Counted from the stretch's first letter, positions 10,578-21,353 are shown. The stretch: 64,000 bases of DNA from an uncultured cyanobacterium (GCA_963740315.1 CAVUDP010000002.1:3424001-3488000); one strand, 5' to 3'. The notes: generated by a model not told the origin, from the letters alone. A program made the numbers and translations.

Positions 10578-11212
10578 CCCAGAAAGTAATTATTTTTGAT
10601 TTTGATGGCACGATCGCCGATACGTTAGATGCGTTAGTAAGTATTGCCAATAGTTTAGCTATAGAGTTTAATTACGCGCAAATTGCTCCAGAAGAACTTC
10701 TGATACTCAAAAATTTAACTTCTAGAGAAATTTTTAAGTATTCTGGGATTCCTTTATTCAAAATACCTTTTTTGCTCAAGAAGGTTAAGAGAGAGTTAAC
10801 AAAAAAAATTCCCGAACTAAAACCAATCCCAGGAATTCAAGAAGCTTTAATAGAACTCAAAGACAATGGTTCGAGGTTAGGTATCATAACTTCTAATTCT
10901 AAAGGTAACGTTGAAGAGTTTCTCAAAGTAAATAATCTAGATAACCTGTTCGAGTTTATTTATCCTGGAATCGCGATTTTTGGGAAAAATACAGTAATTA
11001 ATAATGTCTTGAGGCAAAAACAGATCAAAACTGAAGAAGTTCTATATGTAGGAGATGAAACCAGAGATATTGAAGCCTCAAGAAAAGCTAACGTAAAAGT
11101 TTGTAGCGTGACTTGGGGTTTTAATTCAGAAGAAGCATTAATTAATGAAAATCCAGATTACTTAATTCATCATCCCAGAGAGTTGGTGGAAGTGGTGAAG
11201 AATATTTGTTAA
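10574..11212 (+). CDS. HAD-family hydrolase (phosphoglycolate phosphatase-like)
   Basis: FDFDGTI, YVGDETRD, VTWGFN; overlaps the queG stop. Confidence 0.9.
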   Translation: MTQKVIIFDFDGTIADTLDALVSIANSLAIEFNYAQIAPEELLILKNLTSREIFKYSGIPLFKIPFLLKKVKRELTKKIPELKPIPGIQEALIELKDNGSRLGIITSNSKGNVEEFLKVNNLDNLFEFIYPGIAIFGKNTVINNVLRQKQIKTEEVLYVGDETRDIEASRKANVKVCSVTWGFNSEEALINENPDYLIHHPRELVEVVKNIC

Positions 11213-11329
11213 GAATTGGGCATGGGCAGAAAAACCACCGGAGTTACTCCCGTAGCAGTACATTACCGGAAAAAACCCGACTCCAAAAGTGTGGTTTTAG
11301 GAGCATCCTAAATTTTTAATTTTGTAGTG

Positions 11330-11411
11330 CGAGCCGAAAACGGTTGTCCCCACCGCCTCCAGTTTTGTTTGTTGAAAGGCGATAGACTACGCCTTGCCCA
11401 TAGGCGATCGC
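11330..11411 (-). pseudogene. 3' tail remnant of a cyanobacterial GIY-YIG-family-like gene
   Basis: Minus strand reads RSP...FNKQNWRRWGQPF; begins at HIP1 11404-11411; similar to 12199-12247. Confidence 0.55.
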
Positions 11412-11471
11412 ATTACTAGTCTAAGTGAAATTCAACAATTGCTGAAATTTGGTAGTAGCAGTACTCAAATA

Positions 11472-12128
11472 TTAAGCAGTTTTACATCGTCGGCGCAATA
11501 AAATAGCTCCTATTATACCTATCCCAGTTAATGCAAAACTATTGTTTGATTCTGGAATTTGAGTTGCGGATACTTTAATTGTGCCAGTTATCTTTACAGA
11601 ACCTGTACTAGAACTCGTTGGATCTGTTAAAAGATTGCCAATTTGATAAACTTCAGAACCAGTAAGCGTCCCAGTTGCACCTTGAAATAAACCTTCACCA
11701 CCAGTGATAATGTTAGTATTAGTGCCAGTAGTGGTCAAATTTGCTAAATCAATAACTCCCGTACCGTTTTCAACTGCATAAAATAGTTTATTGTCGCCTT
11801 CTCCAAATAACGTCACTCCACCTTGCGGTAAGTCTTGTAAGCCAAATGTTTCTGGATTACTACTAAAGCTGTAAGAATTGTTACTTAAATCAGATTTGAC
11901 ATAAAGTAAACCACTAGCTTTAGTTAAACCAAAAGGTGCATTATTACTTTCTCCTGATACAGTCTGTGATGCTATCTCTTCAGTGATGGGATTAAGTAGG
12001 GTAGATGATGCGTCATAAGTTGCCTCAAATGGGTAGACAGTTTGTGCTTTTGCGCTTTCTACAGTTGTCCCAAAACCAACTAAAGTAAGGACTCCCGGAA
12101 TCAACCACGAAACATATGAACGAAGCAT
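11472..12128 (-). CDS. PEP-CTERM sorting-domain exported protein
   Basis: Signal peptide (…SAKA|QT) and C-terminal IPES-TM-RRR. Confidence 0.85.
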   Translation of the reverse strand: MLRSYVSWLIPGVLTLVGFGTTVESAKAQTVYPFEATYDASSTLLNPITEEIASQTVSGESNNAPFGLTKASGLLYVKSDLSNNSYSFSSNPETFGLQDLPQGGVTLFGEGDNKLFYAVENGTGVIDLANLTTTGTNTNIITGGEGLFQGATGTLTGSEVYQIGNLLTDPTSSSTGSVKITGTIKVSATQIPESNNSFALTGIGIIGAILLRRRCKTA

Positions 12129-12192
12129 AATTACTAGATTTATAGTTTAAATTACTGAAGATATAATACAACAATTAAAAAGTTTTACTTAA

Positions 12193-12500
12193 TTACCCAA
12201 ACGGCTACCACCACCGCACCCAGTTTTCTTTATTGAAACGCGATCGCCATTTTTGTATCAATGCTTGTTCTAACTGCTGCCGTTTTTTAGTTGAAGTTGA
12301 TGTATCTTACCAAAAGCCAATGTTTATCGCAGTTTTCAAATTGTAGCGGTAGTGTAAAATCTTGGTAACTAGCAATGTAATCTTTACAAAGGAAATACTT
12401 TTGCGACCGCGATCGCCTCACCAACGTGCAAACCGATAACTTAACTCACGCAAATCTACCTTCATCGCCAGGGATATTAAAAATTGCAGTTGCCGTGCTA
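12193..12500 (-). pseudogene. Degraded GIY-YIG-family-like nuclease gene
   Basis: Minus strand: LHVGE..., CKDYIASYQD(+1)LHYRYNLKTAINIGFW*DT...LIQKWRSRFNKENWVRWW*PFG*; resembles from memory a common Nostocales family ending KWRSPFNKENWERWGQPFG. Confidence 0.65.
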
Positions 12501-12554
12501 AAAACCTATTATCAAAGCTATCGGAGCATTTGTAGCCCAACTCACGTTCAAATA

Positions 12555-13892
12555 TTAGTCATCACATCGAAGTTTAAGAATTATATTTATAAGCTCCTCT
12601 ATCGTCACAACTTTACCGTCATCATCAAGAATTTCAATATCAAATTCCGACTCGATAAACAATATCAGTTCTTGCCCATCTAAAACATCCATTCCTAATG
12701 AATTTTCAGGTGCATCATACATGGACGAATTATTAGAAGATAAACTACCCCAAAAGCTTGAACTGATAGGTTTAAAATTAGTAAAACTTCCAAAAAATAC
12801 TGTGGAATCAAGCATTATCTTGTCTAAACTAAAACCACATGAGTCGGAAAGATAATGCTGTAACTTTCTAAAAATATCTTCAGTTTGTAAAAGTTCTTTT
12901 TGCTCTTGTTGATTTGTACTTGCTTTTATATCGAGATTAGGATATATAAGCTCAGATTTATGATTTATAGTTTTATCAATATCATTTATACATTCTAATC
13001 TATCTTTTTTTACTGAAGCTTCTAATGACTGCTTCTCGGTATTTTCTATATCTAATTCGAGCAAATATTGAGTGGCTTTAATTTTTATTTCATCTTCTAA
13101 AGTTGCTATTTTGTTTTGTAAATCTGGTACGATACCATACTTGAATTCTGCGAGTTTGTTAAGATCGTAGTTTTTTTCTGCTTGTGCAATTTCAGCATCG
13201 ACGCTATTAAAAGTATATTGCAATTCTTCTAAAGTCCTAAATTCTTTCTCGTATTTTACTGCGATAGCAAGTGCTGTTCTAATTTCAAATGGCTCACACT
13301 TGGCAATATCAATTATACGATTAATTTTATTTGCATCCTTAATTACAGAAGAACTGACTTTATCTTCAATTTTTTTTGCTGTCTCTTCAATGAAATTTAA
13401 AATATTCCAGGCATGAATGTATTGTTGAACGTATTTTAGACTTAAAGCACTTCCAATAGCTTTCATAAGTGAATCATAGAATTCTTGTCCAAGCTTCGCT
13501 ATGATTTTCTCTGAAGTTATGCTTGGATGACGTAAGTATAGTTGGATGGCAGTATAATAAGCAGCTATACGTGCAGAAACACGAACATGAATCTCTAAAC
13601 TTTTCACTGAGAAATTAACCCCAGGGGTACTTTCTTGTAAAGTATTTGTACAGACATGGAGCAATATTTCCATATCAGCACTTAATTTACTAATGCGTCC
13701 AGTATGATAAATTTCAATTGCTTGCTCTAATGTTGGAATATACTCTTCTTTATTCAAACGCTCGCCTAAGTCATGACCAAACTCGTAAGCTGATTTGTCA
13801 TTAAAATACTCCAAATTTTCACTGTCCAAAGATAATGGTCGAATAGAGTTAGCTAAATTAATCAGTTCGTCAAGCTTTTTTGTTATCTCCAT
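12555..13892 (-). CDS. AT-rich hypothetical protein with ClpB M-domain-like segment and C-terminal ACP-like domain
   Basis: AEIAQAEKNYDLNKLAEFKYG; LGMDVLDGQELILFIESEFDIEILDD. Confidence 0.75.
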   Translation of the reverse strand: MEITKKLDELINLANSIRPLSLDSENLEYFNDKSAYEFGHDLGERLNKEEYIPTLEQAIEIYHTGRISKLSADMEILLHVCTNTLQESTPGVNFSVKSLEIHVRVSARIAAYYTAIQLYLRHPSITSEKIIAKLGQEFYDSLMKAIGSALSLKYVQQYIHAWNILNFIEETAKKIEDKVSSSVIKDANKINRIIDIAKCEPFEIRTALAIAVKYEKEFRTLEELQYTFNSVDAEIAQAEKNYDLNKLAEFKYGIVPDLQNKIATLEDEIKIKATQYLLELDIENTEKQSLEASVKKDRLECINDIDKTINHKSELIYPNLDIKASTNQQEQKELLQTEDIFRKLQHYLSDSCGFSLDKIMLDSTVFFGSFTNFKPISSSFWGSLSSNNSSMYDAPENSLGMDVLDGQELILFIESEFDIEILDDDGKVVTIEELINIILKLRCDD

Positions 13893-14128
13893 AAATCAAG
13901 TTCCCAATACGATTGATACGTGAGTTAAATTTATTTTACGATTTTTATCAATATATTGACGTAGATATGAAGCTTATATTTTGTAATCCAGTACACACCG
14001 TATATATATTCAAGCTGTACGGTACGAAATTATATAATGATTGTGCGAATTGCAATGAGTTTACGTATATAGCTTTGAGAATTAGAGCTATCGTACTTAG
14101 TAGTGCATTTCATTAATTCCGACGGTTT

Positions 14129-14154
14129 GTAGAGACGTAGCACTGCTACGTCTC
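14129..14154. repeat. GTAGAGACG...CGTCTCTAC REP-type palindrome (other copies near 35288-35336, 40311-40334, 41107-41131, 63546-63572)
   Basis: Shared palindrome with GTAG end in five intergenic regions. Confidence 0.8.
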
Positions 14155-14249
14155 CCGCCGTTTAGGAGAAAACTAACCCATCAAATTTAATGCAATCGAC
14201 TATTAGTTCTAAGAGGATGTTTAAAGCAGGTTTGTAGTAATTATCATTT

Positions 14250-15329
14250 TTATTTAAACAATGATAATTGAACGATTTCCAGTTCCTTTTTATTATCAAG
14301 ATTAGATAGCGAAATCCCCAACAGCCGAATACTTTTATCTTCCAGATCGATAGCTTTAATTAATGAAGAAGCTTCAGTAATAATCGCATCTAAACTATTA
14401 ATACTATTTGCCAAAGTACGAGAGCGCGTGATTTGTTGATAATCAGAAAACTTTACTTTCAAAGTTAAAGTCCTACCCGCAGCTTGATGTTTATCAATAC
14501 GTTTATGAAGCGTGCGAGCAATTTGTTCTAGTTCTTGTAATATCGCTGTGCGATCGCTCAAATCCTGGGCAAACGAATTTTCTGCTCCGATTGACTTACG
14601 GATACGATTCGCCTCAACCGCTCGGTTATCCTTTGCTCTAGCAATGTTGTAATAGTAATTACCAGATTTGCCAAACTGCCGGACTAAAAATTCAAGCGAT
14701 CGCTCTTTCAAATCAGCGCCTGTCTTAATATTTAGATCGTGCATTTTAGCAGCAGTCACTTTACCAATGCCGTGGAACTTTTCAATGGGCAATGCTTCTA
14801 CAAATGTTTCAGCATCTTCTGGTAAAATTACTGTCATACCATTGGGCTTATTTATACCCGATGCCATCTTTGCTAAGAACTTATTCATAGAAACCCCAGC
14901 CGACGCGGTGAGGTTGGTTTGTTGGAATATCTCGGCTCGGATATGTCGCGCAACTGTAGAAGCGTAGGGTAATTGCTGCTTATTTTCGGTAACGTCGAGG
15001 TAGGCTTCATCCAAGGCAACTGGTTCAAATGTATCAGTGTAGCGTCTAAAAATATCGTGAATTTGAACCGATATTGCTCGGTAAATATCAAATCTTGGTT
15101 TTGCAAATATAACATTCGGACATTTTGCAACGGCTAATTTTGATGGCATGGCTGAATGTATGCCAAATTTTCTTGCTTCATAACTAGCAGCTGCCACCAC
15201 TCCGCGTTGATTGGGCGAACCACCAACTACCAAAGGTTTGCCTCGGTATTCCGGGTTATCCCGTTGCTCTACCGAAGCGTAAAAAGCATCCATATCAATG
15301 TGAACGATTTTTCTAATCTGGTTCGCCAT
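14250..15329 (-). CDS. dinB: DNA polymerase IV
   Basis: HIDMDAFYASVE, ASYEARKFG, ALDEAYLD, KFLAKMAS. Confidence 0.95.
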   Translation of the reverse strand: MANQIRKIVHIDMDAFYASVEQRDNPEYRGKPLVVGGSPNQRGVVAAASYEARKFGIHSAMPSKLAVAKCPNVIFAKPRFDIYRAISVQIHDIFRRYTDTFEPVALDEAYLDVTENKQQLPYASTVARHIRAEIFQQTNLTASAGVSMNKFLAKMASGINKPNGMTVILPEDAETFVEALPIEKFHGIGKVTAAKMHDLNIKTGADLKERSLEFLVRQFGKSGNYYYNIARAKDNRAVEANRIRKSIGAENSFAQDLSDRTAILQELEQIARTLHKRIDKHQAAGRTLTLKVKFSDYQQITRSRTLANSINSLDAIITEASSLIKAIDLEDKSIRLLGISLSNLDNKKELEIVQLSLFK

Positions 15330-15533
15330 TAGCGAGAAATAAAAATCAAATAAAAGCGTGTAATTGTACTAATAATGGTTATTTACGTAATTCTATAATT
15401 TTGATTCCGATAAAGTTGTTTTGGATTCTAGTGTTGTACTTCATTTACCCGGCATCGTGCTGTAGCATTTAAGAATTATTTAAAAACAAAAAAGTTCTAA
15501 CCTTTAACCTTTAACCTTTAACCTTTAACCTAA

Positions 15534-16250
15534 TTAAGATACTGCAACAGTATTCAAATCATCCGCAGTTAAATTTGAGTGTATAACTTCGCCGTCGCGA
15601 AACCAAACGATACGTCGTGTTTGACGTGCAACTTCTGATTCGTGAGTTACCATCACAACGGTGATTCCGGTACTATTAAGCTCGGTAAAAATATCTAATA
15701 CTTCTTGAGTTGTGTGCGAGTCAAGTGCGCCAGTAGGTTCATCGGCTAAAATTACAACCGGACGATTAACAATAGCACGAGCGATCGCCACACGTTGCTG
15801 TTGTCCACCCGATAGCTGATTGGGTTTATTATTCAAGCGGTTTTCTAAACCAACTCTTTTCAACGCTTCGATTCCTCTATCTCGTCTTTCGGATTTAGAT
15901 ATGCCAGCGTAAAGCATCGGTAGCATGACATTTTCTAATGCTGTAAGTTGCTGTAATAAGTGAAATTGCTGAAAAACAAAACCTAATTTTTTATTGCGAG
16001 TATGTGCTAATTGAGTATCATCCATTTGCGCCACATCCACATTATCTAAATAATATTTTCCCGACGTAGGACGATCTAAACAACCGATAATATTCATAGC
16101 CGTAGACTTACCAGAACCACTAGGTCCCATAATCGAACAATATTCGCCTTCTTCTACAGTCAAATTTACATTCGACAGTGCTTTTACCTCAGTTGCCCCG
16201 CTACCGTAAATTTTAAAAATATCTTCTAAGCGAATTATTATACTAGTCAT
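15534..16250 (-). CDS. ABC transporter ATP-binding subunit (MacB/LolD type)
   Basis: [30 protein letters not shown]. Confidence 0.93.
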   Translation of the reverse strand: MTSIIIRLEDIFKIYGSGATEVKALSNVNLTVEEGEYCSIMGPSGSGKSTAMNIIGCLDRPTSGKYYLDNVDVAQMDDTQLAHTRNKKLGFVFQQFHLLQQLTALENVMLPMLYAGISKSERRDRGIEALKRVGLENRLNNKPNQLSGGQQQRVAIARAIVNRPVVILADEPTGALDSHTTQEVLDIFTELNSTGITVVMVTHESEVARQTRRIVWFRDGEVIHSNLTADDLNTVAVS

Positions 16251-16348
16251 TTCAATTTTAGATTTTAGATTTTAGATTTTAGATTTTAGATTTATTAGTC
16301 AGTAATTAACTGATAATCGTTCACTGGTAACTGGTAACTGGTAACTGC

Positions 16349-17569
16349 TCACGCGCTTCTTAAAGCTACAATTGGGTCGAGTTTGGCGGCGCGACGTGCG
16401 GGAATAATGCCGAAAAATAAACCGATCGCGCCAGAAACACCAACGGCGGAAATAATTGCCACACTTGAAATTCCGGCTTCTAAGGGACTAAAAGCTGCTA
16501 CTAAGAAAATGCCGCTAACGCCAACCGCAGTACCAATTAAACCGCCAGCAGCTGAAACAATTACTGCTTCGATCGTGAACTGTAATAAGATATCTTGTTG
16601 AGTCGCACCAATTGCTTTTCTTAATCCGATTTCTTGAGTGCGTTCGGTAACGGAAACAAGCATAATATTCATGATGCCGATGCCGCCAACAAACAAGGAA
16701 ATACTTGCGATCGCAGCTAGCATAATTGTTAACGCGCCGGTTATTTGCCCGACTGTAGCTTGGGCATCTTTCTGGGAACGAACGGTAAAATCATCTTCAC
16801 CAATTGTTTTGTGTCGCAAACGCAATAAATTCCTAATTTGAAATTCTGCGGCATCTACACTATCACCATTAATTGCAGAAATTACCAGATAATCTAGGGC
16901 AATTCCATAGGGAGAATTTTTTCCTACAAGTCGGTTTGCTGAGGTTGTGATAGGTATCAATGCGGCTTCATCGTAATTAGCACCACCCAATCCCGAACCT
17001 TTACCAACTAAAGTTCCAATAATTTGAAAGCTGGTATTTTTAATCCGCATTTGCTTTCCTAAAGGATTAGCGGTACCAAAAAGTTTTTCTGCTAAATCGG
17101 CACCTAATACAACTACTTGATTGCTGCGTTTAATATCGATTTCATTAAAAAACCGTCCTTTGGCAACTTCAAAATCCCGCACAAATGGAAAACCGGGAGT
17201 AGTGCCAATGATATTGACATCGGTATTTCTATTACCATAAGTCACCACATACCTTCGATTTAACTCCGGTGCAACTCCCGCGACTGTCGGAACTTGAGTT
17301 GCAACAGCTTGAGCATCTGCCAATACCAAGGTTCTAGGAATCTCAAAACTAATCCGCTGAGTTTCTTGATTTCCTGGAATTACAAATAGTACATTTGGTC
17401 CGAGAGATTCCAACTGTTTGTTAACAAACTTTTGTCCCCCTTCACCAATACCAATCATGGCAATTACCGAAGCATTACCAATAACAATGCCTAACATGGT
17501 AAGGGCGCTACGTAATTTATTTGATAGCAGGGTTGTACCCGCCATTTGCACGCTTTCTAAAAAGTTCAT
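16349..17569 (-). CDS. MacB/FtsX-type ABC permease
   Basis: NKLRSALTMLGIVIG, GGIGIMNIMLVSVTERTQEIGLRKAIGA, DPIVALR. Confidence 0.93.
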   Translation of the reverse strand: MNFLESVQMAGTTLLSNKLRSALTMLGIVIGNASVIAMIGIGEGGQKFVNKQLESLGPNVLFVIPGNQETQRISFEIPRTLVLADAQAVATQVPTVAGVAPELNRRYVVTYGNRNTDVNIIGTTPGFPFVRDFEVAKGRFFNEIDIKRSNQVVVLGADLAEKLFGTANPLGKQMRIKNTSFQIIGTLVGKGSGLGGANYDEAALIPITTSANRLVGKNSPYGIALDYLVISAINGDSVDAAEFQIRNLLRLRHKTIGEDDFTVRSQKDAQATVGQITGALTIMLAAIASISLFVGGIGIMNIMLVSVTERTQEIGLRKAIGATQQDILLQFTIEAVIVSAAGGLIGTAVGVSGIFLVAAFSPLEAGISSVAIISAVGVSGAIGLFFGIIPARRAAKLDPIVALRSA

Positions 17570-17579
17570 GTATTAGGTG

Positions 17580-17717
17580 TTAGTTGTTAGTTGTTAGTTG
17601 CTAGGAGTTAGGAGTTAGGAGTTAGGAGTTAGGAGTTAGGAGTTATGAGTTATGAGTTATGAGTTAAAAATTATCTACCCCCTCTACCCCCTCTACCCCA
17701 TCTACCCCCTCTCCCCA
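17580..17717. repeat. STRR arrays (TAGTTGT, AGGAGTT, ATGAGTT, CTACCCCCT)
   Basis: Visible arrays inside the operon spacer. Confidence 0.9.
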
Positions 17718-19184
17718 TCACTCACTACTTTTTTCCAACTTTTTCTGAATTTTGTAATCATTCGGAGGGCTGGTAAAAATGCGATCGCCTTTTTGCAATC
17801 CGGATAATACCTGAGTTTCGTTTCCTACTTGGGAGCCAATTGTGATTTCGCTAAATTTTGCTTTATTGTTTTTATCGGGTACTAATACGCCTGTTTGACC
17901 TTTTTCTGTGACGATCGCAACTGTTGGTACCCATAAGGCGTTGACATCATTGCCTAAAAAGGTCAAGTTTACGTTTAAGCCGGAACGCAGTTTGTCTCGA
18001 CCTGTATTAATTGCAACTCGTACTTGAAATAATGTTACACCTTGTTCGTTGACGGCTTCAGGAGCAATTAAACGAACTTCTCCTTTAAAAACTTCGTCGG
18101 GATAAGCGTCGGCAACGATGTCTACTTGCTGTCCAACTTTGATTTTGCTGATGTCGGCTTCGGGGACGTTTGCTAATATTTCTAATCCTCTTGCAAGGGC
18201 AACTATGGAACTAGATGTGGCTGAGGCGCTGGTAGAAGCGGAAGTTGTAGGCGTAACAAATGCTCCGATATTGGCAAATTTTTGCGTGATAATACCTTGA
18301 AACGGAGCGCGAATAATTGTGTTATCTAGATTTACTTGCTCTGCTTTTAACTGTGCTTGAGCTGCACTAACTGCTGCTGCTGCACTCTCAATTTCTTGTG
18401 GGCGGGAACCACTTTCTAACAACTGCAATTGAGCGCGTGCTTCTGCTACTGCTGCTTCGAGTCGAGCGATTTCTTCAGGGCGACTGCCGCTTTTTAATAA
18501 AGCTAATCTTTTTTGCGCTTCGAGTAAATTGGCTATCGCAGTACTATCTTCGCTCACAAATTGGTCTAATTTGTCTTTTTCAATTGCTCCTTGACTGTAC
18601 AAGCTGCGGTAACGTCTGACTCGTTCGTTACTTAAATCTACTCTCAATCTAGCAGCGTCTACTTGTGCCTGAGCCTGAGCAATTTCTTGGGGACGATTTC
18701 CCGAACGAGCTGCGTCTAATTGAGCTTGTGCTTGTGCTAAACGCGCTTTGGCTTGGCTAATTTCTTGGGGACGGGAACCAGCTTTAGCTTGGTCTAATTT
18801 TGCTTTTTGTTGTGCTAAATTAGCACGAGCTTGTAATATTCTTGCCTGAATATCTGCACTATCCATTCTGGCGAGAATTTGCCCAAGCGTTACTTTGTCG
18901 CCTTGTTCTACATACAATTGGGTAACTGTACCGGGGCTTTTAGGACTAATGTTCACGTTTTGAACTGGCACAATTTTTCCGCTAGCATTCAGGAGTAAAG
19001 TGACGTTTTTTTCTTCAGCAGGAACAGTAATTTCTGTTATGTCTTGTTTGTTTGTCGATCGATTAACAAAAATATAGGTAGTTGTTGCACCAGCAACTAT
19101 AACTCCTGCTGCAAATAAAGCAAATAACCAACGAGGTAATCGTTTAACTTTACCGATTACGGGAATTTCTATGGGTGTAGCCAT
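17718..19184 (-). CDS. MacA/HlyD-type periplasmic adaptor (membrane fusion protein)
   Basis: N-terminal TM, lipoyl-like VEQGDKV, repeated GSRPQEI coiled coil, IRAPFQG. Confidence 0.92.
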   Translation of the reverse strand: MATPIEIPVIGKVKRLPRWLFALFAAGVIVAGATTTYIFVNRSTNKQDITEITVPAEEKNVTLLLNASGKIVPVQNVNISPKSPGTVTQLYVEQGDKVTLGQILARMDSADIQARILQARANLAQQKAKLDQAKAGSRPQEISQAKARLAQAQAQLDAARSGNRPQEIAQAQAQVDAARLRVDLSNERVRRYRSLYSQGAIEKDKLDQFVSEDSTAIANLLEAQKRLALLKSGSRPEEIARLEAAVAEARAQLQLLESGSRPQEIESAAAAVSAAQAQLKAEQVNLDNTIIRAPFQGIITQKFANIGAFVTPTTSASTSASATSSSIVALARGLEILANVPEADISKIKVGQQVDIVADAYPDEVFKGEVRLIAPEAVNEQGVTLFQVRVAINTGRDKLRSGLNVNLTFLGNDVNALWVPTVAIVTEKGQTGVLVPDKNNKAKFSEITIGSQVGNETQVLSGLQKGDRIFTSPPNDYKIQKKLEKSSE

Positions 19185-19616
19185 AAAGCAGCGATAAATA
19201 TTGTCAGAAGTTTGGGTAAGGTAGAGTGGGATATGCCGTATCCGGAACTGATAGTTTGAAGCAAAGTCTTACCGTTAAGATGTTTGGTTTGCCTGGATGT
19301 AAACCAATATTTAACTATTTACCTTCGCGCGAGGCATTTCATATCAAATGAAAAAGATACTTTCTCGATGACGGTTTGTATTTGTTTAGCTTCTTTTATA
19401 GTAACCTTTTGGGTTTACATATGACTTCACCATTGGGGGTGACTTTAGTCATGACTAATTAGTCCCCTCAGTGCAATGTAACTTAAATGTATTCGGACGC
19501 AACAAATGTACGATACGGAAAGACAAATGACTGAAAAATTTAGCTGTCATCAACAGCCCAGATGGTTTAAGCTATCTGAAAGATTCTTTAATAATATGTG
19601 GCAAAGAGGCGGTAGT

Positions 19617-20510
19617 GTGCCTAAACGAATTGGATTAATTTCTTTTCTATTTCTGTGTAGCTTTTTAAGCGTATCTCCCAAGGTAAATGCCCAAGCATTA
19701 GTACCTCACACCGTGCAACTTGATGCAGCAAAGTTAGAACAACAAGGGTTAGTTCTAGCGCAGGAAGCCGCACAACTTGCACAATTTCGTCAGTTTGATT
19801 TGGCAATGCCACGCGCACGTCTGGCTACTCAACTTGCTCCCAACAGTGACAAAGTATGGTTTCTTTTGGGGGGATTATATTTACAATCCAAAGAGCTTGA
19901 TAAAGCCATTACTTCTTTAGAAAAAGCACAGAGACTTAATGCTAAAAATGCCGAGACTTACTTTGCTTTAGGTTCTGCTTATTTTCAACAGCAAAAATAC
20001 CCATCGGCAATTGAGCAATACAAAGCCGGTTTAAAGATAAATCCTAAAGACCCAGAAGGGTTATTTGATTTAGGCAATGCTTACTATATGCTGGGTAAAT
20101 TACCTCAAGCTGTTATCGAGTACAAAAGGTCTATTGTTTACAAGCAAGATTTTTGGCCTGCTGTTAACAACATTGGATTAATTATGTACGAACAAGGTGA
20201 TATCAAAAATGCTATAAATCAATGGCAGCAAGCTATTACTAAAGCTAACAATGTTAAACAACCAGCCGCAGAACCTCAGTTGGCACTAGCTGTTGCTTTA
20301 TACACTAGAGGCAGTAAAGCCGATCGCCAAAGAGGTTTGGCAATTGGTTCCGCTGCCCTCAAGCTCGACGAACGTTATGCTAATTTAGATTTTCTCAAGG
20401 AAAATCTTTGGGGTAATCGTTTACTGTCTGATACCAAAAAGTTTCTAGAATTACCTAGTATTCAAGCTGCCTTAAATGAACAACCCCTTGGAGAACCTGC
20501 CGGACAATAG
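19617..20510 (+). CDS. Tetratricopeptide repeat protein with signal peptide
   Basis: Multiple TPRs (WFLLGGLY, YFALGSAY, LFDLGNAY); likely start GTG at 19617 after GAGG. Confidence 0.88.
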   Translation: MPKRIGLISFLFLCSFLSVSPKVNAQALVPHTVQLDAAKLEQQGLVLAQEAAQLAQFRQFDLAMPRARLATQLAPNSDKVWFLLGGLYLQSKELDKAITSLEKAQRLNAKNAETYFALGSAYFQQQKYPSAIEQYKAGLKINPKDPEGLFDLGNAYYMLGKLPQAVIEYKRSIVYKQDFWPAVNNIGLIMYEQGDIKNAINQWQQAITKANNVKQPAAEPQLALAVALYTRGSKADRQRGLAIGSAALKLDERYANLDFLKENLWGNRLLSDTKKFLELPSIQAALNEQPLGEPAGQ

Positions 20511-20695
20511 TTTCAAATTCAGTAAGATTAATAGCGGCATTGGTATTTTTTTTACCGCTACTCAGTTTGCTCGCTATTAATGTGAACCCGATCGCTATTG
20601 CTTAAAAGTGCATCTAATAGTACATATATATTGTGAAGGTCAGCAGTAGCCCAGCTATTTTGATGGGCGACTGATACCTTCGGGTATTGTTTATT

Positions 20696-21106
20696 TTAAG
20701 AAGCGTTGTTGTCTTTGGGAAGTAGGGCGATGATTTGTTCAACAAACTGTTGGTGATCTACCACAGGTTTAGAAATATAACCATCAGCGCCACTTTGTTT
20801 AAGAAAACTTTCGCGATCGCCTTCCATTGCGTGGGCTGTGACCAAGATAATAGGTAATGTTGCTGTTTGGGGGTCAGATTTCAACATTTGTGTAATCTTG
20901 ATACCATCAACAGATTTACCTTCGTAAACGCTTCTAGAGAGAGAAACATCCATCAAAATAATATCTGCTTCTTTGGCTTGGGCAATTTTCATTACTTCGT
21001 CTACATTTTCAGTGTGTTTAACATCTAAACCTCCGCGTTTGGTTAAAATTTTGGAAAAAACGCGGGCATTAACAAGATCGTCTTCGACAATCAAAACAGT
21101 TTTCAT
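20696..21106 (-). CDS. Single-domain response regulator (DivK/CheY-like)
   Basis: VLIVEDD, ILMDVSL, LVTAHAMEGD, YISKP. Confidence 0.92.
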   Translation of the reverse strand: MKTVLIVEDDLVNARVFSKILTKRGGLDVKHTENVDEVMKIAQAKEADIILMDVSLSRSVYEGKSVDGIKITQMLKSDPQTATLPIILVTAHAMEGDRESFLKQSGADGYISKPVVDHQQFVEQIIALLPKDNNAS

Positions 21107-21353
21107 AGGAATAAATCACGCTTTCATGTGTGGGGGATAGACAATTGAAGATAGCACGCGGTTCTGCTTGTCTAAATTCAAAAAATTAATTTGTATCCTT
21201 GTCAACAATGTCAACAAGGATAATACTACCGTTGTAAGGAAGACATTAATATCAAGATTTTGTGATGCATGGGATTTCATTCGTTATAAGTAAGGTTACT
21301 GCTTTTATTGGTTACGACAATATTTGTGTAGTTAAAGTTCAGGGAAAAAACTC

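Noticed and set aside
12426..12683. 85-aa plus-strand ORF
   Set aside because: Antisense to the orphan gene end and the pseudogene remnant
15350..15375. LexA box upstream of dinB
   Set aside because: Only one half-site (GTACT) matches the cyanobacterial AGTAC-N4-GTWCT consensus
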